Positions 49,501 to 59,323 of a stretch of DNA of 61,323 nt are shown here, piece by piece (within the stretch, counting starts at the first letter, position 1; every line of letters starts with the position of its first letter). A program made the translations under genes and the position numbers. The DNA lies in contig JACVGT010000037.1 in the NCBI GenBank assembly GCA_018992685.1, positions 1 through 61,323 on the forward strand, in the 5' to 3' direction. The notes under the pieces were generated by a model. It searched no databases. It saw only the letters and a list, made by a program, of their open reading frames with translations, and was not told where the DNA came from. Source of the DNA: Theionarchaea archaeon (GTDB taxonomy: Archaea > Methanobacteriota_B > Thermococci > Methanofastidiosales > SZ-28-30).

Positions 49501-50083
49501 ACAGGATGACCTGTGTGGAAGTGGGTGGTTCATAGAATTCATCCACTGTCTCCAGGTGGGCATCCATTACCGGACCCGTCCCATCATCGTAGAAGTACCA
49601 GATCCAGACATCATTACCAATGTGGAAAGAAGGAGAGGTCACCAAATAGGTCCCCGGGGGTACATATGTCAGGGGAAGCGCTTGTGGCACATAGTACGGA
49701 TCATCATAATAACGAACATAAATCACGTCAGCTTCATACAAGATAGGTGTACAACCTGTGCAGTGCTCAACACACTGAGTATCAGGGTATTCACGAAAGT
49801 GGAGAATTCCTCCTTTCTCTTCGTGGGTAGAAACACCAAAAACCCAGACACCTCGATCTTCCATTAAAGATCCCCCTATGGTAAGGCGGGGGACCCATCC
49901 CTCCTCGCGACACATAGTTCCGCACAGACATTCTGGAGCTTCCATAACCCACCAGTTGTCAGGGATGTAGGGCCTCTTGTAATATGCCCTGTTCCCAAAA
50001 GGCACTGGGCTCACCTGAGAGGACAGCACGCAGCAAAGTGTTATCGTCAAAATAGCTACCATGAACAGCAAGACCTTCCTCAT
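46586..50083 (-). CDS. Large secreted multidomain protein: Ig-like repeats, Vps62/DUF946-like domain, CARDB-like domains
   Basis: Signal peptide; YSPYMYF..EEKFFP, IQYWFFYIFDD..DHEGDWE, YVARGSH, WLWFRGNWG, GPYGP; CARDB-like V.N.G...VSVDPDNSIDETSESNNE. Confidence 0.72.
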   Translation of the reverse strand: MRKVLLFMVAILTITLCCVLSSQVSPVPFGNRAYYKRPYIPDNWWVMEAPECLCGTMCREEGWVPRLTIGGSLMEDRGVWVFGVSTHEEKGGILHFREYPDTQCVEHCTGCTPILYEADVIYVRYYDDPYYVPQALPLTYVPPGTYLVTSPSFHIGNDVWIWYFYDDGTGPVMDAHLETVDEFYEPPTSTQVILYVTDQFTGKRIQVDTITGTVVLPDETEEEMPPGMWTWNQEEEQYECSWHTIPMEGRYHISVTAEKALYNDADASTTFEVCYGGCITLQFDRNPPVYEENETVHMTATATDDGGNPVSGISGKVTREDHSDDLEWEEVSPGVYEASYTPTVAGIYHVEIHPFDEYDVCYVPQTFEFEVKHRGRFSCEIPEEEIDDLIQMYSPYMYFYGGIGEEEKFFPTPVETMLENSTLWRYELAGDSETSRVEILEFAQAADTSEKLEVLSIHPTPDHFLDLNHEHCGIDASLINEQTSDRHVYCRVDCFGYERVEYIIIQYWFFYIFDDRYIDHEGDWEVAQVLLDKQTKNPIGLCISRDDDAEYRLWEEIEKKGTHPAIYVARGSHREYFSEGSFGFLDVDETSDDGWKGVMSGISTLTNQSWLWFRGNWGVLVGEPAESRFNTYNFGCWMWESGPYGPMCHEDIWNNPLEWAFTHYHNSPQTIESPYTLFSLSCPVDMLIVNSRGQRLGIVNGEFVQEIPNACVQDCDEEEFYIIQGIDQYQVEVAGTGEGTLDLVCVTSLWNTTKTVKYRDVPVTVSTRGVLDLRSDLSLSVDTDSDGTTDFTVLPVSVELSSQSPINPLRVGEEMIYELTLVNEGEPSTFILEVDTPFTWSHALSSEVISLNSGESATILLRVTSPSNIPVQDYTVRVEATSFEDDDMTADISLTASSRAELTPEEITVSPVRQEEIAVTASVSNKGLLSADSAKIQFFAGSSSERIFLGEQIVSISPGETTPASIHCSLPDGFYTFLVSVDPDNSIDETSESNNELSIQYLLDRTPPEAELFFDISSEDVKVRGVDNLSSTKIFIDEESSKNRKIRTYTLTDDAGNTTELAVEIQSVGREIKAEIVNLKYNSQPVSLPENQLKIEYLIEGSSIKRLNQFLLIGDTRIHLIYHRAKGYTQLTAKGTEDNKQGVLIVILQTRKGIFQYAFEEICMD

Positions 50084-50427
50084 GGTCTCACTCTCCCATT
50101 TCTCACATCAATACACTCAAGAAGGATGTCACAACCACACCCACTTATTCCATTCCATGGACCTGCAACCATTTCATCACCATAACAGAACAATTGCCAT
50201 CTCTATATAAATCTTTGTAACACTGGTCTTCAGCGATAGTTTTAGCGTCTCAAATCATCTGATTTCCTCATTCCTTTCACCTGGTTAGTATCCCATCTAT
50301 CACAAAGGTTGAACCCTGTAAATCTGAAAAAACCGGTGGACTCCCTTGAACCCTGTGCGCGCGCCGGAGTCAGTCCCCGAGTGATTGGGTGAGGCAGAAG
50401 TCCGAAGGAAAAAGTGAGAGAACTTCT

Positions 50428-51252
50428 TCAGGGGAATGACCCTGTGTCCCTGTCCAGTTCATCAACAGTGAGTCCCCTTCTCCTCAATTCTCTCAAATAT
50501 GGGTTGATGCCAACCATATCTGATGCAATATGTCCTGAAATAATGAGGTTTCCCTTCCCATAGTCTTGAAGTTTCTTCAAATCCCCTGGACTAATATGGA
50601 TATACACCACTGTCCCAATGCCATGGTCAAAATACGCTCTGGCCACACTGTAGCCTCCATTGGTTCCTGCTCCGTGGGCCACTACGACCTTACCTGCCTT
50701 ATCATCCAGATTGCCCACAGGAACCATGATCTCAGTAGTTGCCCTCTGAAACTCCTCCAGCCCCAGTAACGCATCCACCACGTCCTGCACCGTTCCCGAT
50801 TTATCCACCGAGTCTCGGATGGCCTGGTCCATGATTCGTCGTCCCAATTCATCCAACGGGTTGTGAATATTGAGGTAGGGGATCCCTAGCAATTCTGCCA
50901 CTGAGGGGGCATGATAGAGATTCCGGGAGTGGTTTGCCACTCTCGCTGTCTCTACCAGCGGGCTGACAGCCTCTTCTGCAAGTTCTTCCGGTACTCCTGC
51001 ATTCATCAAGAGAGTCTTATGCTTCCACAAAACCTCATGGTACTGTGCAAAGGCCCTCCCTCCCTGGGGATGATGAGCCAGGCAGCAGTCATATCCCAAT
51101 CCGTGGGCCATAATCAATTCAGGGACGCCCAGATCCACTCCGAACAGAATCCTCCTGATGTGGTCCCCTTTAACGTATACTGCAGAATCTCCGGGTATCT
51201 CTGAGAATCCCACCATATCCAGAGCAATCTGCATCAGTTCTTCAGTATTCAT
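50428..51252 (-). CDS. NIF3/DUF34-like metal-binding protein
   Basis: ILFGVD, LAHHP, NIHNPLD, GHIASDMVG. Start moved to ATG 51252. Confidence 0.8.
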   Translation of the reverse strand: MNTEELMQIALDMVGFSEIPGDSAVYVKGDHIRRILFGVDLGVPELIMAHGLGYDCCLAHHPQGGRAFAQYHEVLWKHKTLLMNAGVPEELAEEAVSPLVETARVANHSRNLYHAPSVAELLGIPYLNIHNPLDELGRRIMDQAIRDSVDKSGTVQDVVDALLGLEEFQRATTEIMVPVGNLDDKAGKVVVAHGAGTNGGYSVARAYFDHGIGTVVYIHISPGDLKKLQDYGKGNLIISGHIASDMVGINPYLRELRRRGLTVDELDRDTGSFP

Positions 51253-51403
51253 AATCGTTCCTCCTGGAAAGATGACGCAGAACCATGTCTTCACTGCACG
51301 GATCATGTTTATAAAAGTTGTGTCCCCCTTCCTCCGGGAGGCAAGAAGGAATTCTGCCCTTCCATTCGTAACCCTCTATCCCTGTTGTCGTGTCAATCCA
51401 CGG

Positions 51404-52729
51404 TCACACCTTGACGTCCTTCCACTTACCCTGCCTGTATCTATAGACGTATAGAATTCCTCTGACAAACGTTTCGACAGTCATGCCCACCCAGGCTCCC
51501 ACGGCTCCCCACTGCAATACAACGCCCAGGAAATAGGCCAACGGAATGCGGAACAGCCACAGCGAAAACACAGAAATATACAAAGGTGACCGGGTTTCAC
51601 CCGCTCCCCGCAGTCCCCCAGACAGCGTGAATACCAGAGCCAAAAAGGGTTCTGACACTGCCACAATCCTCAGGTAGAAGACAGCGAGCTCCACGACATC
51701 CTGTTCTGAAACAAAAAGCCGTGCCATCGGTCGGGGGAACACAAACATGAAAGCGCCCACAACGCTCATCAAGATTACGCATAACTTAGCTGCTTCCCAC
51801 CCACTCTTTGCTGCTCTTTCTGGATCTCCCGCTCCCAGGTTCTGACCCACAAGAGCTGTAGCAGCCACTGCGAATCCAAACCCTGGCATATAAGAGAGAG
51901 ACTCAATGCGAAGACCAATCTGGTGTGCAGCCAGAGCTGCAGTGCCAAACCCTGTAATGATTGACACATAGAAGATCATGGATCCAGACATGATAATTCG
52001 CTCAACGCCACTGGGAATACCGATTCTCAGTATTCGCTTTACTGTTTCTCCCTTCAACGAGAGCTTTTCACGCCGAGAAATCCTCAGAACAAACCGTCCA
52101 CTGAAGAAGATAACCAGGTACGTAAGCGAGGCCCACAGGAAGGAGATTGCTGTGGCAATGCCGGCTCCTTTCACTCCCATAGCTGGAAACCCTAATTTCC
52201 CGAAAATGAGGATATAATTCAGGACAACGTTAATCAAGTTCATGACAGCTCCTACCATCATGGGAGTCTTGGTGTCACCAGCTCCTCGTAATGCTCCTTC
52301 TGAGTTGAATATGACAAAAATACAGGGCGTACTGAGGAAGACGATGCGGATGTAGGTTGACCCAAGCTCAGCAACCTGTTCACTGGCTCCAATGAGGAGA
52401 AGAGCTTCCTTTGCAAAAACATACCAGAAAACAGTCAATCCAATTGAAATGAGCAGAACGAGTATCAAGGACTGGACCAGAACATGTTCTGCTTTCTCTT
52501 CTTCCTTGGCACCCACAAACCTGGCAATTAGTGCAGTGGTGCCCACCGTAACAGAAAACATGAGGGCGTTTAGAAACCACAAGAGCTGCCCGCCCAGTCC
52601 CACTGAAGCCACAGCAGCAGCTCCCAGCCTGCCCACCATGACCAGATCCACCATGTTGACAACAGTCTGAAGCAGATTTCCCACAATCGCGGGCCACGCC
52701 AGCCTGAAGATAGTGCCACGCATCATCAA
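51404..52729 (-). CDS. MATE family efflux transporter
   Basis: LAWPAI, DLVMVGRLG, LRGAGDTKTPM, GVKGAGIAT, LVGQNLGA. Confidence 0.95.
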   Translation of the reverse strand: MMMRGTIFRLAWPAIVGNLLQTVVNMVDLVMVGRLGAAAVASVGLGGQLLWFLNALMFSVTVGTTALIARFVGAKEEEKAEHVLVQSLILVLLISIGLTVFWYVFAKEALLLIGASEQVAELGSTYIRIVFLSTPCIFVIFNSEGALRGAGDTKTPMMVGAVMNLINVVLNYILIFGKLGFPAMGVKGAGIATAISFLWASLTYLVIFFSGRFVLRISRREKLSLKGETVKRILRIGIPSGVERIIMSGSMIFYVSIITGFGTAALAAHQIGLRIESLSYMPGFGFAVAATALVGQNLGAGDPERAAKSGWEAAKLCVILMSVVGAFMFVFPRPMARLFVSEQDVVELAVFYLRIVAVSEPFLALVFTLSGGLRGAGETRSPLYISVFSLWLFRIPLAYFLGVVLQWGAVGAWVGMTVETFVRGILYVYRYRQGKWKDVKV

Positions 52730-52837
52730 TCTCTCTGAATGGGTCTTTTAATGGTTTGCCTCTCATCTCTCATTTCTTCTGGGGGAGGTTTGAAAGTATT
52801 CCCAGATCGTGCGAGGATCTGATCCACAGTGAAGCGG

Positions 52838-54010
52838 TCAATAGTCTGAACCGTGGGCACTCACGAATTCTTCGAGCCTGCCATAGGCTTCCTCAAGAAC
52901 ATCGACAGTGGGAAGAACAACTGATCTCAAGTGCCCCTTCCCAAATTCTGGGCAGAACCCGGATCCATGTACGAACAAAACGTGTTTCTCTCTCAAGAGG
53001 TCCAGGACGAATTTCTTATCGTCATTGGCAGGTATCTTGGGGAAAATATAAAAAGCCCCTTCTGGCTTCGACGCAGAGACTCCTTCAATTTCATTGAGCC
53101 TTTTCCACGCGAAATCTCTTCTTTCCTTCAGCTTCTTCACCAGCACCGGTATGTGGTCCTGGCTACCTTCCAATGCCTCAGCTGCGGCCACCTGACACAG
53201 CGTGTTGGTGCACAGTCTGATTCTGGCCTGCCGTAAGACTGCTTCTTTCAGTTCATCACAGTTGCTGAAGATGGCATATCCCATCCGCCATCCTGTAGCC
53301 AGGTAAACCTTGGAGAACCCATTGACAACAACCATGGGGGCGTCGGTCAAGGGGACTGTTTCGTGAGGCTTGTCAAATACCATTTCATCATAGATTTCAT
53401 CTGTTATGAGGAGGACATTGTGATCTGCTGCCACTTCTTGAAGTTTCAAGAGCACCTTTTTTGGGTACACTGCCCCTGTAGGATTATTGGGGTTGATCAC
53501 CACGATGGCTTTGGTTCTTTCAGAAATCTTGGCTTCCAAATCGTTTGTGTCAGGGATCCATCCTTCTTCTTCTATAGTCCTGTATGATACTGATTTTCCG
53601 CCGTAAAATCTGGCATATGCCATATACGGGGGATAAGAAGGTCCAGGTACTAAGATTTCATCATTGGGCTCAAGTAGAGCCCCAAATAACATGGAGATTC
53701 CTTCAGATATTCCATTTGTAACAATGATTTGTTCAGGACTGCACGTTCTCGTGTTGAGTGATTGTTCTCGATTGCAGATTGCCTGTCTGAGTCTGGGCAG
53801 CCCCTCAGACGGGCCGTAGAAGTTCATATTGTCCTCGGCAGCCTGACATAGTGCCTCTATCATGTGATGAGGAGTCTCGAAATCAAACTTGAGAGGATCT
53901 CCGATGTTCAGCTTCATGACTGTGATGCCCTTCTTTTCCAGTTCTGTGGCGGGGACGACCACATCTCGAATGGCATATTCAATCCGGGAAACCCTATCAG
54001 CGAGGTTCAT
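52838..54010 (-). CDS. PLP-dependent class I/II aminotransferase (alanine aminotransferase-like)
   Basis: YAIR, KLNIGDP, INPNNPTG, DEIYD, SKVYLATGWRMG. Confidence 0.92.
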   Translation of the reverse strand: MNLADRVSRIEYAIRDVVVPATELEKKGITVMKLNIGDPLKFDFETPHHMIEALCQAAEDNMNFYGPSEGLPRLRQAICNREQSLNTRTCSPEQIIVTNGISEGISMLFGALLEPNDEILVPGPSYPPYMAYARFYGGKSVSYRTIEEEGWIPDTNDLEAKISERTKAIVVINPNNPTGAVYPKKVLLKLQEVAADHNVLLITDEIYDEMVFDKPHETVPLTDAPMVVVNGFSKVYLATGWRMGYAIFSNCDELKEAVLRQARIRLCTNTLCQVAAAEALEGSQDHIPVLVKKLKERRDFAWKRLNEIEGVSASKPEGAFYIFPKIPANDDKKFVLDLLREKHVLFVHGSGFCPEFGKGHLRSVVLPTVDVLEEAYGRLEEFVSAHGSDY

Positions 54011-54122
54011 GCGTAGGTGTTCACGAAGGCGTTCTTAAAGGTTGGTGTAGGCATCCTCAAGGAGGAGAGGATGAATAACAGAAGAATTCCAGGCATCTAA
54101 GTGGAGGGTTCTTATACTAAGT

Positions 54123-54707
54123 ATGGAGAGATACAGCGTGAAACTTGATTCATCCTTCTACGAAAGAGACACGCCTGAAGTGGCCAGAGCTCTCCTGGGC
54201 TGTCTTTTGGTCTCCCGGATTGGCAGGAAGAACAGCCTGGTCAGCGGCATTATTGTGGAGACCGAGGCATACCTGGGAGAAACGGATCCGGGAAGCCACG
54301 CCTTCAGGGGAAGAACTCCTCGCACTGACCCCATGTACGGAGAACCTGGCAGAGCGTATGTGTACCTTATCTACGGGAAATACTGCCTCCTCAATGTCGT
54401 CACTCGGCCAGTGGGAACTGCAGGCGCCGTTCTGATCAGAGCCCTGGAACCAGTTGAGGGGATAGAAATCATGAAAGAGAGAAGGGCATGCCAGGACCTT
54501 CGAGACCTCACCACGGGGCCAGGAAAACTCACCCTCGCCCTGGGCATCACACTCGACCATAATACAGTGGACCTCACACAGGACCTCCTGTGGGTCGAAC
54601 CGCGTACTGCAGGAGAGATTCAAGTCTCTTCCAGAATTGGAGTTTCAGATCATCAGGCACTCAGATACTTTCTAAAAGAAAACAGGTTTGTTTCAAGGCG
54701 CCACTGA
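54123..54707 (+). CDS. 3-methyladenine DNA glycosylase (MPG/AAG family)
   Basis: IVETEAYLG..DPGSH, AYVYLIYG, AVLIRALEP, GPGKL, RIGVS. Confidence 0.95.
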   Translation: MERYSVKLDSSFYERDTPEVARALLGCLLVSRIGRKNSLVSGIIVETEAYLGETDPGSHAFRGRTPRTDPMYGEPGRAYVYLIYGKYCLLNVVTRPVGTAGAVLIRALEPVEGIEIMKERRACQDLRDLTTGPGKLTLALGITLDHNTVDLTQDLLWVEPRTAGEIQVSSRIGVSDHQALRYFLKENRFVSRRH

Positions 54708-54709
54708 CA

Positions 54710-55891
54710 TTAGTTGTCTGATTCATTGATTGTCTCATGATTAGACTTCAACCAGCCGATAAACCCACACGCTACCAAGGCACAGACAGCAAACGAGCTG
54801 TAGAATAAATTCTTGAGGTCAAATCGATCTGCAATGGGTCCTCCCACAGAGGATCCTCCCTGAGATATGGTGAAAATCATGCTGTGAATCCCCATGTAGG
54901 TACCTCTCATCTCTTTGGGAGTCAGAGATGACAATACTGCAAAAGAGGATACATAGTAGCCACTCCACCCAATCCCCTCCACCGCAACTGCCAGAAACAG
55001 GTACCACCAGACAGGGGAAACAGCGAAAATAAGGACAGCCACAGTTCTCACTACAACAGAAATCTGGAGCATACGCACCCTCCCAATCCTGTCTGAAAGC
55101 TTTCCCATAGGGATCATAGATAATGTTATTATTCCATCAGCTAGTATAAACACAAAACTCACTTCCTGGATGCTGCCGCCCAGTTCCCGTACATAAATAG
55201 AGATGAACCGTTCAATCATGGCAGAAGCAAAGGTGGTCAGGAAGATGAAAAACGTGAACATTGAGAAATGCCGGCGCACCGTATAGAGGGCTCTGACCTG
55301 TTCCACACTCAGTAATTTGCTCCTGACAGGCTGGAGTCCTTCAGGTTCGTCAACGTAGAGGGCTATTAAAGAGGCACCCAGCATGCACAGTGAACAGAAG
55401 TAGAAGAGGTACGCGTACCCATACTGTGAGATGAGGTCTCCCACAATGTAGTAACCGATTATCGTTCCAATGCCTCCAAAGGTGGTGATCTTTCCTATGA
55501 GGGTTCCCCGTTCTGTGGGCATCGAATGCTCCGCAATAAGTGCCTTCCACACGGGGGCTGCCATAGACCAGCAAACCTGTAGCACAATCAAGACCAAAGA
55601 CAACGTATAAATATCAGTAATCCTGGGAATAAACAGGAAGACAATCCCTGGGATTCCCTCTCCTACAATGAGAAAAAGCTTTCTCTGTCCGGCTCGGTCT
55701 GAAGTCCAGCCCCAGAATGTCTGGAAAATCGCACTGACCACAAATATCAGCGTCCAGATGATACCCACCTGTGTGAACGACGCAGCAATCTCCTCTTTCA
55801 GGTACAGGCTAAAGAACACGCCAAACACGCCTTTCCGCATCTCCACCACGAAGGAAATGGCCGAGAATACACCAAGCATTCTCCGCTCCAT
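54710..55891 (-). CDS. MFS transporter
   Basis: 12-TM pattern; GWTSDRAGQRK and GKLSDRIGR motif A copies. Confidence 0.92.
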   Translation of the reverse strand: MERRMLGVFSAISFVVEMRKGVFGVFFSLYLKEEIAASFTQVGIIWTLIFVVSAIFQTFWGWTSDRAGQRKLFLIVGEGIPGIVFLFIPRITDIYTLSLVLIVLQVCWSMAAPVWKALIAEHSMPTERGTLIGKITTFGGIGTIIGYYIVGDLISQYGYAYLFYFCSLCMLGASLIALYVDEPEGLQPVRSKLLSVEQVRALYTVRRHFSMFTFFIFLTTFASAMIERFISIYVRELGGSIQEVSFVFILADGIITLSMIPMGKLSDRIGRVRMLQISVVVRTVAVLIFAVSPVWWYLFLAVAVEGIGWSGYYVSSFAVLSSLTPKEMRGTYMGIHSMIFTISQGGSSVGGPIADRFDLKNLFYSSFAVCALVACGFIGWLKSNHETINESDN

Positions 55892-55987
55892 ACCATAGAC
55901 TTTGTTTGCCCTTTATAAATATAGGGGTTGTCATGTCTTTGAGAAGCACCTGATGGATAGGGTAGTCTGATAGCCCGAGGTGGTTTA

Positions 55988-57271
55988 ATGAGAACAGAAG
56001 TAGTAGAAATCCTCCAAGACCTTATTCGGATTGATACGGTCAATCCCCCGGGTAATGAGGGAAGAGGAGCCCGATACCTGGGCGAACTGTTCGAAAAGGA
56101 AGGAATTGAATACCAGCTCGTCGGAGAAGAAGGAAGAGAGAACCTTGTCGCCTCTCTTGGCGAGGGGAAGAAAAGACTTCTCCTTCTTTCTCACACGGAT
56201 GTCGTTCCTGCTTCAGAGGAAAAATGGGATCTTCCTCCTTTTTCAGGTGAAATGGATGATGGATTCATCTGGGGCAGAGGAGCTCTGGATTGTAAGGATC
56301 TGGTTGCAGCAGAAGCCTACACTCTTATCCGGCTGAAAAGAGAAAAAGCTCCCTTGAATGGAACTCTGATTTTTGCAGCCTGTGCAGATGAAGAGAAAGG
56401 AGGGACTGTGGGAGCGAAGCTTCTGACGGAAACGTACACAGACATGATACGCGCTGATTTTGCCATTAACGAGGGGGGAGGAGAATACATTGACGTCGGG
56501 GGTGAGAAGCTGTACCTGCTGCAGACCGGAGAAAAAGGCCCTGCCTGGTCTCGATTGAGAGCATCTGGGGTGGCAGGACACGGATCACTTCCTACCCTGG
56601 CAGATAATGCAGTGGTAAAGGTAGCTAAAGCAGTGAAGGCACTGAGTGAGTACAATCCGGAGATTGTCATTATTCCTGAAATTAAAGAGCTTATAGAAAC
56701 CTATTTGAGCCTGCGTGGAGATCCCAGAAATGTCACACCCCAGAACGTGGATGAAATCATAGACAGCATTCCAGACCAAGTATTTGGAGAAACCCTGCGC
56801 TCCGTGACTCGCATGACCGTATCCCCCAATATGATACAGGGAGGGACGAAGGTCAACATTGTACCTGATGAGTGTGAGGCAGAAGTTGATGTCAGAACCC
56901 TTCCGGGACAGGACGAATCCTACTTGAGAAGAGAGCTTGAGCCCTTGATAAAGGAGTGCAGCCTTGAAATTGTTCACAGTCACCCTGCTAATTTCTCGTC
57001 AGCAGATAGCGTGTACTACCGGCTCATTGAAGAAACAGCAAAAGACGTCCTTGGACCGGTGCACTGTGCTCCACACATGCTGGCAGGAGCCACTGATTCC
57101 TTCTATTTGAGACAGGTAGGTATTGCATCATACGGTGTGTCCCTTTTGTCCACCCATTTTCCTTCTGAACTGATAAAGACAGTACACGGCGCCAATGAAC
57201 GTATAGATATAGAGAGCATGGAAGTTAAGACAGAATTCCTGTACAGGTTGGCCAGGAAGTACCTGTCCTAG
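55988..57271 (+). CDS. M20/M25/M40 family metallopeptidase
   Basis: SHTDVVP, GRGALDCK, DEEKGG, NEGG, HGANERI. Confidence 0.93.
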   Translation: MRTEVVEILQDLIRIDTVNPPGNEGRGARYLGELFEKEGIEYQLVGEEGRENLVASLGEGKKRLLLLSHTDVVPASEEKWDLPPFSGEMDDGFIWGRGALDCKDLVAAEAYTLIRLKREKAPLNGTLIFAACADEEKGGTVGAKLLTETYTDMIRADFAINEGGGEYIDVGGEKLYLLQTGEKGPAWSRLRASGVAGHGSLPTLADNAVVKVAKAVKALSEYNPEIVIIPEIKELIETYLSLRGDPRNVTPQNVDEIIDSIPDQVFGETLRSVTRMTVSPNMIQGGTKVNIVPDECEAEVDVRTLPGQDESYLRRELEPLIKECSLEIVHSHPANFSSADSVYYRLIEETAKDVLGPVHCAPHMLAGATDSFYLRQVGIASYGVSLLSTHFPSELIKTVHGANERIDIESMEVKTEFLYRLARKYLS

Positions 57272-57320
57272 CTTCCTCACTTTTCTTTGTCTGTATTTCG
57301 AGAGAAAGAGATTTCTGAAC

Positions 57321-57350
57321 TGAAAACAAAATTAAAAGAAGAAAAGAAAG
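57321..57350 (-). terminator. Probable oligo-T terminator of the histone gene
   Basis: A-runs on the + strand give T-rich tracts just downstream of the histone stop. Confidence 0.45.
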
Positions 57351-57368
57351 GCGAACAAGTATTGGGCA

Positions 57369-57572
57369 CTACATCTTCCACGCTAGGTTGATATCCTCTG
57401 CCTTTATGGTCTTCCTCTTGGCATGTTCAGCAAAGCGGATGGCTTCTCGCGCAACTTCTGTGGCCAGCATCTCCAGATGTTCGCCCAGGAGCCTGGAAGC
57501 ATCTTCAGATACCCGCTCTGCACCTCCTTTTCTGATCATTTTGTCAACTGAAGCGAGAGGTATAATTGCCAT
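57369..57572 (-). CDS. Archaeal histone (HMf family)
   Basis: IPLA.V..MIRK.GAERVSEDA...AEHAKRKTIKAEDI; SD GAGGTGA. Confidence 0.96.
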   Translation of the reverse strand: MAIIPLASVDKMIRKGGAERVSEDASRLLGEHLEMLATEVAREAIRFAEHAKRKTIKAEDINLAWKM

Positions 57573-57958
57573 TCCAAATCACCTCGAAGCTTCTGATCAT
57601 TGACCCTTTTTAAGCGTTGCGTTTCTTGGAAAGGATTCAGGCCAATTTGGCATATGATATATTCTATCTTAGCAGATACACACCTCAGAGAACCCTGTTC
57701 TCGCTGGCTGTTGCAGATATCCTGAGAGCTGTGACACGTGAACATCAGGTGGCTCCACACGCCTCGCTCAGAATTTGATACAGCCAGATGTCCACCTGAT
57801 GGATAACCTGGTGGTAACACTCATCAAATCACACGTACCAGTCTCCTACTACCAGGATTTACATACCCGGCCCTGGCTGTACCAGTACGTTTTTCATGAT
57901 GTGAAGACGCTTCGCCATGATTCGAAAAGCTTAAAGGCACATGAGCGAAGTGGGGGCT

Positions 57959-59323
57959 ATGAAGAATGTGACAGTACGAATACGAGGCGTATACACGACA
58001 TCGCTCACAAAAGTACTGGCAGAACGGGGGTATGGAATATGTCAAGTTTCGCGGGCAATCAGAAATAGACTGCAGATCGAGAGTCTTGATCTTCCTCCTG
58101 ACATTGACGTCAGGCACACCTACAACAGACAGGGAATATCTATTGTAGCTACAAATGACGTACTAGACACATTTTTAGAGGATATGAAAGATGCTTTTGT
58201 GGATATTTTTGTCATTCCTTCTGGGATTGACTTGTACGGTGTGTACAAAGGAAGAAATTTGGGGAAGGGGGAAATTGATATGGGAGGGTTCACCGGATAC
58301 CTGGATGAGAGAACGTCAGAGCGGGATGTCCTGATACAGGTGGCAGAAATCAGGAACCGCCCCATGTTGACAACACGAATCTCTTTCAGTGGTAATTACG
58401 CGATTCTCATTCCTCAGGAAGGCGTGAAGATATCCAGGAAAGTGGACAATCCTGATGATAGGCGCAGGTTGTATCAGCTCGGAAATGAGCTTCAGATATC
58501 CCCCGGATACGGGGTCTTATGGAGAACTGCCGCGGTGAGCGGTGAGGATGAAGAACTGAGACGGGAAGTTGAGATGCTGGTAGAGGAGATGCATCGTATT
58601 AACATGGAATTTCCATCATCGTCAATTGGACTTCTCAGAGAGGGAAAAAAACACGTAGAAATACTATTTGGAGGGGAAAGTAAAAGGCGATTAGACTTTA
58701 TTCGGAATAATGTAGTCCCCACTGCACAGAACCATCACAAGCTCAAGTCTTCGGGGAAAGAATATTCACTGGTGGTAGATGTTTTTGAGGAGCTGCTCTC
58801 CAAGTACTCCATCGAGGAGAACCTGGACCAGATTCTCTGGGGAATTAACCCATGGAGAGAAGGAGACACCATCCTTCTCGAACATGTCAGACCTACAGGA
58901 GAGAAACTCCACCTTGGAAGGGCTGTGGTCCAGAGGTTCACCTATCCATTTGTAGCCATGGAACGCAGGATGCACACCTTTGGAGTATATGATGGGATGG
59001 GCATCAAGAAAGAGAGAGGAGACGTGGTCGTGACCGAGATGAAAGAAGGAGAATGGATATTCGCTCACACATACTACGACCAGAATGACAATTTGAAAGG
59101 GCGCTACTACAATATCTGCACTCCTGTGGAATTCTATCCTTTTAAAGTGAGATACATGGATCTGGAGGTTGATGTGGTGGAGACGGATGGTAGAAGGATT
59201 GTTGATAGTGATAAATTGGAGAAAAGAGCTGAAGATGGCCATATATCAGAATTTCTCAAGGAGAAAGCTCTTTCTGTGGCCCAGGACGCAGTCGAGGGAA
59301 AAACATGGATCCAATCCAGTTGA
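57959..59323 (+). CDS. fau-1: Ribonuclease FAU-1 (AU-binding protein, DUF402 C-terminal domain)
   Basis: VRIRGVYTTSLT, GVLWRTAA, GVYDGMG, YYNICTPVEFYP..RYMDLEVDVV. Confidence 0.9.
   Translation: MKNVTVRIRGVYTTSLTKVLAERGYGICQVSRAIRNRLQIESLDLPPDIDVRHTYNRQGISIVATNDVLDTFLEDMKDAFVDIFVIPSGIDLYGVYKGRNLGKGEIDMGGFTGYLDERTSERDVLIQVAEIRNRPMLTTRISFSGNYAILIPQEGVKISRKVDNPDDRRRLYQLGNELQISPGYGVLWRTAAVSGEDEELRREVEMLVEEMHRINMEFPSSSIGLLREGKKHVEILFGGESKRRLDFIRNNVVPTAQNHHKLKSSGKEYSLVVDVFEELLSKYSIEENLDQILWGINPWREGDTILLEHVRPTGEKLHLGRAVVQRFTYPFVAMERRMHTFGVYDGMGIKKERGDVVVTEMKEGEWIFAHTYYDQNDNLKGRYYNICTPVEFYPFKVRYMDLEVDVVETDGRRIVDSDKLEKRAEDGHISEFLKEKALSVAQDAVEGKTWIQSS

Noticed and set aside
50309-50400. Duplicated TTGAACCCTGT and GC-rich patch upstream of the secreted protein
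   Set aside because: Too short, no cloverleaf or consistent structure; not distinguishable from chance.
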